Positions 19,408 to 26,874 of a DNA stretch of 59,108 nucleotides are shown here, in pieces. The stretch comes from a virus (Duplodnaviria > Caudoviricetes), in IMG/VR virus record IMGVR_UViG_3300011187_000010, positions 1 to 59,108 of that record, one strand, 5' to 3'. How positions within the stretch are numbered: position 1 is the stretch's first letter; the number at the start of each line of letters is the position of its first letter. The notes beneath the pieces are model-generated. The model ran no database searches. It worked only from the letters and a program-made list of their open reading frames with translations, and had not been told where the DNA came from. A program made the position numbers and the translations under genes.

Positions 19408-19986
19408 TTATTTTAATTCTTCAGGTATGAAACCCAATTTTTTCTCTATTTCATCTAAATCGTATTTTATAACTATCTTAGAGTCAGCTCTTAAGCATTT
19501 ACCACCTTGATTAGGTGGTTCTGAATTGACAACATTGAGTCCATTCAACCTACTGAATGAAGCAAAGTTCTTATCACCAAAGGATAAGAAGTTATCTATG
19601 TATAACCACTTTAAACTCCATGACCTATGGTTTTCTACAGAGACATCACTATCACCCAAAGATGCATTAACTTTTTTATCTAAATCTAATATTCTTTTGA
19701 AATCAACATCTTTTTCCTCACGCTTACACCATTCTTTCATCAATTCTACTTGGTAATTTCTGTCAAGAATATTATCGACACCAGCGCCACTAATTTCAAT
19801 GACTTCACCACCCTTACCTATTTTAACAGGTCGGTAAATCACATTAATATTGGCTTTAGTGATACCATACTTTTTACTGAAGTAATCTCTTACTTTTAGT
19901 TTATTCTGTCTAGAATAGTTTTCTGGTCTATCATCCCAATATACTTTAACTTTTGCGTACTCTGGTATTATTACATTATCACTCAT
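19408..19986 (-). CDS. Mre11-C-terminal-like domain + Rad50/SbcC N-extein + split-intein N fragment (ORF track start 20025)
   Basis: WSLKWLYIDNFLSFG (SbcC N-terminus) and Walker A ..NQGGK followed directly by CLRADSKI (intein block A) and a stop after 29 aa. Confidence 0.9.
   Translation of the reverse strand: MSDNVIIPEYAKVKVYWDDRPENYSRQNKLKVRDYFSKKYGITKANINVIYRPVKIGKGGEVIEISGAGVDNILDRNYQVELMKEWCKREEKDVDFKRILDLDKKVNASLGDSDVSVENHRSWSLKWLYIDNFLSFGDKNFASFSRLNGLNVVNSEPPNQGGKCLRADSKIVIKYDLDEIEKKLGFIPEELK
19411..19497 (-). mobile_element. IntN of an atypically split intein (29 aa)
   Basis: CLRADSKIVIKYDLDEIEKKLGFIPEELK*, immediately after the Walker A Lys. Confidence 0.88.
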
Positions 19987-19996
19987 TGTATTCTTT

Positions 19997-20512
19997 TTAT
20001 CTTTCACCGTAGATATCATATCCACCTTTATTTTTACACTCTTTTAATTCCTTACTTAATATATCGTTTTTATTCTTACAGGATGACAAACCTTTACTGA
20101 TTTCATCTACCTGAGACTTATAATCGTTTATGAGACTTTCTTTCTTTTTATTCTCAACTTCCAACGTGGCCTTATCGTCACTCAACTTATCTATGTATTC
20201 TAGATAACTCATGTTATTGCCGTCTACATTTATACTAACATTTTTTTCGACAGGCACCTCTACTATTTTTTCTACAGGTACTTCAACCCTTTTCTCAACT
20301 ATTTTTTCTACTGGTACCTCTTTTATAACCTCTACAGTCTTCTCTACTGGCTCTTCTCTTACTTTTGGACCACTAGGTGTCATTCCATATTGTAATATCG
20401 TGAAGCCGCTCTTTAGCGCCTCATTTAGTGTCTTACCCACGTCCTCTTCATTAAGCCTACAGTAGGCCACTATTTCGTCGAATAGCTCTTTATTTATGAG
20501 TCTCTTACCCAT
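19997..20512 (-). CDS. hypothetical protein with (EVPVEKIV) repeats and coiled coil
   Basis: PVEKTVEVIKEVPVEKIVEKRVEVPVEKIVEVPVEK. Confidence 0.85.
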   Translation of the reverse strand: MGKRLINKELFDEIVAYCRLNEEDVGKTLNEALKSGFTILQYGMTPSGPKVREEPVEKTVEVIKEVPVEKIVEKRVEVPVEKIVEVPVEKNVSINVDGNNMSYLEYIDKLSDDKATLEVENKKKESLINDYKSQVDEISKGLSSCKNKNDILSKELKECKNKGGYDIYGER

Positions 20513-20825
20513 TAGTTAATGTTTCAGTACCTTCTTCTAATTCATCAAGTGATTTTATCTTAAATTGATAAAACCCGTATCTATTCTCAACATCTTTCTC
20601 AATGTACGTTCTTGTTTCAACGTCCCATATTAAGTAACCGTGACTTTTAATCGATTCACCAAAATTTTGTTGAATTAATGAACTACTAAAACACATTGGG
20701 ATTATTTTTTTTATTTTAATTTTTTTCATTTTATAGCTATTATATTGACATTCTCTAGTGCAATATTTTTGCACCTTTCGTTTAGCGTTATATTCATTAC
20801 CACACTTTTCACATTTTTTACGCAT
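20505..20825 (-). CDS. Mre11/SbcD (gp47-like) phosphoesterase, second fragment, with an N-terminal Zn-finger remnant (alternative start 20729)
   Basis: SSLIQQNFGE..HGYLIWD continues the SbcD fold. Residues 1-32 are CxxC...YCTREC, typical of homing-endonuclease N-termini. Confidence 0.82.
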   Translation of the reverse strand: MRKKCEKCGNEYNAKRKVQKYCTRECQYNSYKMKKIKIKKIIPMCFSSSLIQQNFGESIKSHGYLIWDVETRTYIEKDVENRYGFYQFKIKSLDELEEGTETLTNG

Positions 20826-20834
20826 ATCTAAAAT

Positions 20835-20869
20835 TTTGTTGTATTATTATTTATTAATAATACAACAAA
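20835..20869. promoter_or_regulatory. perfect 15-bp hairpin between the two Mre11 fragments
   Basis: TTTGTTGTATTATTA-TTTAT-TAATAATACAACAAA. Confidence 0.75.
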
Positions 20870-20881
20870 TTTGAAAAGAAG

Positions 20882-21565
20882 CTATTCATCGATAACCCAA
20901 CCATTTTTTTTATAAATTTCTAATTCTGTTTCATCAATTTCTTTTCTTTCAACGTTATAAAAACAACTTCTTTTGTGTATATCACCAAGTAGTACCATAT
21001 CACAACCATCGAAATGGTTTAATTGGGTGTGATTGTCATCAAATATATATCCTACATCTGTAGATGCCCCAGCTATAGGGGCGTGGTATAATCCAATGTA
21101 AGTTTTATCATCACCATGCTTGGCCCTACCCTCTTCAATATCAGGTCTTTCATTACCCTCAAATATTGAATAATTACACCACACAACATTGTCGTCTAAA
21201 TAACAGGTACTTTCTTGGTAGTATGCTATGTGTGGATTGTCTAACAATTCAATCATAGGTGATATACTATCAACTCTATCTTTATTATTCTCTAGTAAAT
21301 CATGGTTACCAGCTATAATAACAACTTTACCGACCTTTGATAGTTCTCTCAGGAACCACGTGCTAAGTATTAGTTGTTCATTTGATATCGTTATTTTTTG
21401 ATGTACCAAGTCGCCCACTATTGCTATGCGAATTTCTTCGTGTTTATAGTCTTTACAATACTCAGTTATTTCATCAATGAATGTTTGGAATATTTCTTTA
21501 TACTCGTCATGCATCCTATATGTTCTAATATGAACGTCAGCTAAATGTATCACGGATTTAATCAT
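20882..21565 (-). CDS. Mre11/SbcD (gp47-like) phosphoesterase, first fragment
   Basis: HLADVH, VGDLVH, AGNHD, GLYHAP and LGDIHK motifs; stops before the GSLIQQ motif. Confidence 0.92.
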   Translation of the reverse strand: MIKSVIHLADVHIRTYRMHDEYKEIFQTFIDEITEYCKDYKHEEIRIAIVGDLVHQKITISNEQLILSTWFLRELSKVGKVVIIAGNHDLLENNKDRVDSISPMIELLDNPHIAYYQESTCYLDDNVVWCNYSIFEGNERPDIEEGRAKHGDDKTYIGLYHAPIAGASTDVGYIFDDNHTQLNHFDGCDMVLLGDIHKRSCFYNVERKEIDETELEIYKKNGWVIDE

Positions 21566-21581
21566 AAGTTTTATTTTACAT

Positions 21582-21613
21582 CAAATGTACTATTTTTATC
21601 TAACTTTAACAAG
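21582..21613 (-). promoter_or_regulatory. Bacteroidota-type promoter for the Mre11/Rad50 locus
   Basis: CTTG-N20-TACATTTG. Confidence 0.7.
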
Positions 21614-21727
21614 TTTCCTTATATTATTAACATGAATAACATAGAGTGAAGAAAGTATATTAAATATCAATTAATTTTGAATAGTTAAATGTCTTTACAA
21701 TATGTATTATCTTTTTTATCATACTTT

Positions 21728-22042
21728 CTATATTAAATTAATTATAATAGGATTTACGGTAAATTCATCGACTGTAACTGAACCGATAGAATTAATCGTC
21801 ACTTTTTGACCAGTACATCCTATTATATCTGGTAATGTTATTGCATCATATTCTTCATCAATACCTTCAACAAATAAAAAATGTTGTTGCCCAGTACTTT
21901 CATTGATGACCACAACTCTTTCATGGTCAATTAAATTGGCCTCATCCATCAATTCGTAACTTAGGTTTATAACTCCCATGTTATTTAGTGAACTGTTTAA
22001 TACCCTACCTGTAATCTTTGATTTTAAAACTTCTATTTTCAT
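21728..22042 (-). CDS. PanD (aspartate 1-decarboxylase)-like protein lacking the self-cleavage Ser
   Basis: MKIEVLKSKI...MGVINLSYELMDEANLIDHERVVVIN..TG aligns with PanD, but Gly-Ser is Gly-Val. Confidence 0.75.
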   Translation of the reverse strand: MKIEVLKSKITGRVLNSSLNNMGVINLSYELMDEANLIDHERVVVINESTGQQHFLFVEGIDEEYDAITLPDIIGCTGQKVTINSIGSVTVDEFTVNPIIINLI

Positions 22043-22051
22043 ATTTTATCT

Positions 22052-24022
22052 TTAACAATTTAACCACCATGGACCTTCTTTAGGTTTAGGTTCAACGTAA
22101 TTCTCTAAATTATAAACTCTCTTTTCCTCAGCTGCTATATCATCTTCTTTCTTTTTCATAACCTCATCAATTCTAGGTAGAGGTGGCATTGTCATAACAG
22201 TATTAATGAATTTTTTTGGTACTCTAATTTCTTTGTAGGTCCCAAATGCAGTTAAGTGTACAATTATACACCCAAATAGTTTGATATCCTCATATTTAGT
22301 ACCTTTTAACATATCTAAAATTAGTCTAGCATATAAAGGTAATTGTATTTTATAATGGGCTAACGAAGTATCCATTTCATCCTCAAAAGGAGGTAGCATT
22401 GGTGTTGTGTAATGATGTACCTCAAAGTTTTTCTCTTTATTGGTGTTATGAGTTACCAATAAAGATTTCCCACATAAAAATGTGCTACTCGGACTATCTA
22501 CTTCGATACACTTAGTTGGTACTGACTCAACTTCTTCTACTGACACAATAGACCTAAAGGTTCTTCTATCTTTTTTAAGGTTTAAAACTAAATCTTGGTT
22601 TCTAGATAGAAATGGATTAAAATTATCTGTTACAAATGATGCTCTATAACATTTATTTACTTTACCGTTAAACTTCTTATTAAAATTAGATTTAGTTACC
22701 TTAAGACCTAATGAAGATGATATTTCAGTAAAATAATCAACCTGTGTTTCTCTTGTACTTTCCATAACGAAACTTTGTCTAGTTTTATTATATGTACCAT
22801 CACTATCCATTAAACCCCTTAATAAATCTAGTCGCTGATTGTATGAACTAGATAAATAAATTTCTGGTATATGTTTGTTTTGTAACAATAAATTTTTACG
22901 TAATTTATTTTGTAAATCAAATACTGTTCTAGTGGTAGCTTTTCCAGCACCACCTTGCGATAAATCATCACCAATAGTATACCCTCTTTTTATTATCTCT
23001 TCCCATACCTTTTCATTTGCTTCTGTAATTTTAGCATCAACACTATGACCATCACCTAACCAAAGACCTAAAACATAAGGGTCAATCGGTAATTTAATTT
23101 CTGGGTTGTTTAATGGTTTTGCATTTTTAATTTTCAATATATTATATGATTGTCTCTTACTTAAAGAATTATTGTAATCTTTAATTTCTTGAGTTGTCAT
23201 AACCATCTCTTTAATTACCCCAGAATTTTCCCTATAAACTAACCACCTATGTTCAAAATCAGAAATAATTTCTTCATTATTATCAAAAATAATTTTTAAA
23301 CATTTCTTATTTTTAACTTTAGAAATATTCATAATATTAACTAAATTACCATCCTTATCATAAACTTGGTCATTATTTGTTAATGTACCCATAGTCTTCC
23401 ACCCATCACTAGTTAAAATAGGTGTATCTAGTGGTAAACCTTTCCAATCGGTAACTATGAAACCCAGTTCACCTTCTTTATTGTGAATTAACCACACTTT
23501 ATCTGGTTGGCCAGTGTATTTTAATGTGTTACTACCTAACACCATTTCAGTGTCTAATAAAACCGCACCTCTTCTGTGCATAGCGTTGATAAATTTATGA
23601 CCAGCATCAATCATCGCATTTCCATCACTAACCTGCTGCTCATCACAATTATATATCGGTTGTCTAACATCTTTATAACTTCCATATTGAGCTAATAAGT
23701 CTTTTTCTAAAAGATAGTGAACTCTAGAACCTTTGGAGTTGGCGTAATCTGCTGTCGCTCTCCATTCCTTTAATAATTTATCTTGTTCATGTATGTCGTT
23801 TTCACACATCTCTAAAGACTTTTCTAATTCTGGAAAACCTTCATAAAATTGTTTTATAACAGTGGATACTGAAGGAAATTTACTTGTCATTTCACCTTCC
23901 AGTGTCTCTATATAATAGGTGTGAGTGTCTTCAATAAAACTAAGTTTTAACTCTTTTTGTTTAAGACTTATTAAATCTCTTATTTCTTTACCTATTTTAG
24001 TTAGTTCTTCTTTTCTAATCAT
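22052..24022 (-). CDS. PD-(D/E)XK exonuclease-like protein with an intein
   Basis: FIEDTHTY, PSVSTVI, GSRVH, GQPDK..VTDWK|T, HYKIQLPLYA. Confidence 0.9.
   Translation of the reverse strand: MIRKEELTKIGKEIRDLISLKQKELKLSFIEDTHTYYIETLEGEMTSKFPSVSTVIKQFYEGFPELEKSLEMCENDIHEQDKLLKEWRATADYANSKGSRVHYLLEKDLLAQYGSYKDVRQPIYNCDEQQVSDGNAMIDAGHKFINAMHRRGAVLLDTEMVLGSNTLKYTGQPDKVWLIHNKEGELGFIVTDWKGLPLDTPILTSDGWKTMGTLTNNDQVYDKDGNLVNIMNISKVKNKKCLKIIFDNNEEIISDFEHRWLVYRENSGVIKEMVMTTQEIKDYNNSLSKRQSYNILKIKNAKPLNNPEIKLPIDPYVLGLWLGDGHSVDAKITEANEKVWEEIIKRGYTIGDDLSQGGAGKATTRTVFDLQNKLRKNLLLQNKHIPEIYLSSSYNQRLDLLRGLMDSDGTYNKTRQSFVMESTRETQVDYFTEISSSLGLKVTKSNFNKKFNGKVNKCYRASFVTDNFNPFLSRNQDLVLNLKKDRRTFRSIVSVEEVESVPTKCIEVDSPSSTFLCGKSLLVTHNTNKEKNFEVHHYTTPMLPPFEDEMDTSLAHYKIQLPLYARLILDMLKGTKYEDIKLFGCIIVHLTAFGTYKEIRVPKKFINTVMTMPPLPRIDEVMKKKEDDIAAEEKRVYNLENYVEPKPKEGPWWLNC
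22445..23440 (-). mobile_element. class 3 intein (332 aa) with LAGLIDADG endonuclease
   Basis: Starts GLPLDTPI and ends LVTHN|T. WCT triad: HRW, KCIEV, THN. LAGLIDADG motifs PYVLGLWLGDG and LLRGLMDSDG. Confidence 0.92.
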
Positions 24023-24037
24023 TTAACCCATTTCAGC

Positions 24038-24068
24038 CAAATATACTAGATTTTTTCAACAAAGACAA
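24038..24068 (-). promoter_or_regulatory. Bacteroidota-type promoter, back-to-back with a putative late promoter at 24070-24077 (+)
   Basis: TTG-N20-TATATTTG on the minus strand; TATTTATA on the plus strand. Confidence 0.65.
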
Positions 24069-24097
24069 CTATTTATAATGTAAACCGTATTAATAGA

Positions 24098-24676
24098 ATG
24101 AGACTATCTAAATTATATAGTGAAGTTGTAAATGAAAGTTTTAGTTTACAACCTGACCCTTCTTGTGATTGTTGCAAATACTTTGATTTTACTTTCTCTC
24201 AAGCTGGTGGTCAATTCACTGGTTTAGAAAAACCTTTATATCAAGAAATATCTAAAGGTGAAAAGCATGAGTTGCAATATATAAAACCAAAACAATACAT
24301 CTACAATATTGCTAGAGGTTTTGGTGGACTTAGTTATGAAGACGTTGTTGATTCTGGTGCGGTGAGTAAAGAAGCTGTAATTAAGTACGCTAAGGCCATG
24401 AAAAATGGTGAAAAATTTCCAATAGGTTGGTATAAAGTAGATTCTGGTAGTCAAGAAGGTAGACATAGAGCTTTAGCGGCCATTGAATTGGGTTGTAATA
24501 GTATTCCTGTCGTGGTCATAACAACTCTTGATTATGAAGATAGGTTAGATATTGCTGAAAAATATAAAGGTTTATCCAAAGAAGAATTAAATCAAATTTA
24601 CATTAATAAAGGTTATAATGGTATAACTGGTTTAGGTTGGAATGACTTGCAAAGATTTATAAATTATAATATATGA
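24098..24676 (+). CDS. ParB/Srx-like domain protein
   Basis: KYAKAMKNGEKFP...QEGRHRALAAIELGCNSIPV. Confidence 0.8.
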   Translation: MRLSKLYSEVVNESFSLQPDPSCDCCKYFDFTFSQAGGQFTGLEKPLYQEISKGEKHELQYIKPKQYIYNIARGFGGLSYEDVVDSGAVSKEAVIKYAKAMKNGEKFPIGWYKVDSGSQEGRHRALAAIELGCNSIPVVVITTLDYEDRLDIAEKYKGLSKEELNQIYINKGYNGITGLGWNDLQRFINYNI

Positions 24677-25794
24677 AATTAACTAAAATATATGAAGAGG
24701 TTTTAAGAGAATCTATTCAAACTAAAATTATAGCCTATCATGGGACAGACCATAATATAGATAGGTTTTCTGACAGCTTTTTAGTTGGAGATAAAAATAT
24801 TCAACACCATGGAGCTGGTATTTACTTTGCCACTAGTTATGAGAATGCTAGGATGTTTGGTAATAATGTCTATAAAGTAGAATTATCTGGTAATTTTATT
24901 AGTGAAGACAACCCTACAAGTGATGCGGACCCCGACAAATTAATTAACCTTATGAAATTAAGTGATGAGGACGAGTGGGAATTAGAGGCACAAAATTATC
25001 ACCCAGACCCTGAAACAGGACTTATGGTGGCTCTTGAGGATGCTCTTGACCAACCTAATGAAGCTGACGCTTTTATGAGGATTCAAAATGGATGGTACAT
25101 GTACGATGGTTTAGGTTATGTTAGAGGTATGACTAAGGTTGGTATCGATGGTGTTATTGTTAATCCACCTAGTGATTGGGTTGATGAAAAGCACATTATT
25201 ATATTTAATCCAAATGCTATTAAATTCATTGAAAAGGTTAACGTTAAAGAAGACCTTACATACAGACATACCAATACTAATGGTGCTGGTGATGACGAGT
25301 ATGAAGTAGGTATGGTAAAGGAGAATAATAACATTAAAGAATTATTAAAGTACAGTGCTTATGATGATTCTGAAATGAGTGAAATGTATCTTAAAAAACT
25401 AATAGATACTTTAAGAAAATTACCTAGCAACTTAACTTTATACCGTGTAGTATTTTTAGAAAAAAAATCTGATTTAAGAGATAAAGAATTAGGTTCACAT
25501 TATGTTTTAAATAAAAAAGACTTAGATAATTCTCATTACGTGGAAGCCCATTCAAATGCTAAGGGAGAACCTTTTATACTCACAGTTAAAGTTAGCAAGA
25601 ATGAAATCGATGAATTTGCAACCTTAAAACATAACATGCAATATCCACATGAAAAAGAAATCACTTTAAAAAATACTGGTTCTGGTGCCAAGTTAATTGA
25701 CATCAAACCTTTTAAAAATACATCTTATGGTTTTAGTGCTGAATTTAACGATGATGATTTTTATAATGATTTAGGTTATGATGAATTTTCATAG
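24673..25794 (+). CDS. putative tandem ADP-ribosyltransferase-like domain protein
   Basis: Domain 1: AYHGT..GAGIYFATSYENARMFG..YKVEL. Domain 2: LTLYRVV..GSHY..HEKEITL. Confidence 0.65.
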   Translation: MKLTKIYEEVLRESIQTKIIAYHGTDHNIDRFSDSFLVGDKNIQHHGAGIYFATSYENARMFGNNVYKVELSGNFISEDNPTSDADPDKLINLMKLSDEDEWELEAQNYHPDPETGLMVALEDALDQPNEADAFMRIQNGWYMYDGLGYVRGMTKVGIDGVIVNPPSDWVDEKHIIIFNPNAIKFIEKVNVKEDLTYRHTNTNGAGDDEYEVGMVKENNNIKELLKYSAYDDSEMSEMYLKKLIDTLRKLPSNLTLYRVVFLEKKSDLRDKELGSHYVLNKKDLDNSHYVEAHSNAKGEPFILTVKVSKNEIDEFATLKHNMQYPHEKEITLKNTGSGAKLIDIKPFKNTSYGFSAEFNDDDFYNDLGYDEFS

Positions 25795-26754
25795 CCTACT
25801 TTCTCTAATTTTGTGAGCAGTTTTTAATGACTTAATAATACCCATCCTTCCGAATTTTTCATTTATTAAGGATAAATCCATTCCGTTCTTTAAAAACACA
25901 ACTTTAATTCTACCGTATAAATTTATTGTATTCAGTCTATTGTATAAAAATAGCGCATCTTTTTTCTCTTCTTCACCACCATCTAACACAATCACTACAT
26001 CACCTTTGGCCTTAGATTGTAAGCTGTGATATAACTTATCTGAAATAAACTTACCTAGAAGTGGTATAGAGTTAGGTGTTACTATGTGGTCAAATCCACC
26101 CTCAACTAGATATATTGTAGAGTCCCAGTTAATGTGATGTTCGTTGAATATAATCCTTTGCTTTTCTACTTCTGGATTTAAGTACTTAACCTTACTCCAC
26201 TTATCGAATGACCTAGCAACGTAAAAATTTAATTTACCCATAGCATCATATGATGGTATCACAACCCTGTTTTTGTGTTTACCTTCACATGTGTAACCTA
26301 TATCATACTTTTCTAATGTTTCATCTCTAATACCTCTCTTCTTAACATAACTATACGCTTCAGAATAATTTGTATGGTATGGTGATGCTTCACTAAATTT
26401 CTTAAAGCTTTTCGGTAAATTAACAATTATTTTACTATCCTCTTCCGACTTACTTTTAATATTCTTTATTATGTCAGGTGCAACTAACATAAAGTCTTTG
26501 TAGTGTTGCTTATTACCGTATTTTCTTACAAGGTAAGATAAGCTACCGTACATATTGTTTCGTTCCCAACAAGACCAGCATTTATAAACACCCTTTTCAT
26601 AATTGATAGCTAAATTACCTTTTCCATCACCAGTGTTACCTAACCCCTTTTCTTGGGAACATACAGGACAATCAAAACCCACTTGTGATTTGTGTTCATA
26701 GTGGGTTCTAGGTGTTCCTAAGAAATTTTCTAATATATTTACTATAATTGACAT
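25789..26754 (-). CDS. DNA primase (Zn-finger + TOPRIM)
   Basis: CPVC...CWSC zinc finger, KRGI...IGY, RVVIP, KYLNP, IYLVEGGFD, IVLDG. Confidence 0.92.
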   Translation of the reverse strand: MSIIVNILENFLGTPRTHYEHKSQVGFDCPVCSQEKGLGNTGDGKGNLAINYEKGVYKCWSCWERNNMYGSLSYLVRKYGNKQHYKDFMLVAPDIIKNIKSKSEEDSKIIVNLPKSFKKFSEASPYHTNYSEAYSYVKKRGIRDETLEKYDIGYTCEGKHKNRVVIPSYDAMGKLNFYVARSFDKWSKVKYLNPEVEKQRIIFNEHHINWDSTIYLVEGGFDHIVTPNSIPLLGKFISDKLYHSLQSKAKGDVVIVLDGGEEEKKDALFLYNRLNTINLYGRIKVVFLKNGMDLSLINEKFGRMGIIKSLKTAHKIRESRL

Positions 26755-26758
26755 GCCA

Positions 26759-26790
26759 CAAAGATACTTAAAAAAGTATTCATAAACAAA
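26759..26790 (-). promoter_or_regulatory. Bacteroidota-type promoter for primase
   Basis: TTTG-N20-TATCTTTG ending 4 nt before the ATG. Confidence 0.8.
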
Positions 26791-26817
26791 TAATAATTAA
26801 AACGGACATTAATAAAT

Positions 26818-26843
26818 AAAAAAACGGCCATTAATGGCCGTTT
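26818..26843 (-). terminator. intrinsic terminator
   Basis: AAAAAAACGGCCAT-TA-ATGGCCGTTT. Confidence 0.75.
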
Positions 26844-26874
26844 ATAAAAATAGAATTACTAAATGTAAAAAAAC

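Noticed and set aside
20245-20352. Tandem DNA repeats resembling an array
   Set aside because: They encode the EVPVEKIV peptide repeat with wobble variation. There are no unique spacers, so this is not CRISPR.
20826-20881. Group I intron explaining the Mre11 split
   Set aside because: The gap is 56 nt with no P/Q/R/S core elements.
22052-24022. Cas4 / CRISPR-associated call for the nuclease
   Set aside because: No Fe-S cysteine cluster, no array and no other cas genes in the window.
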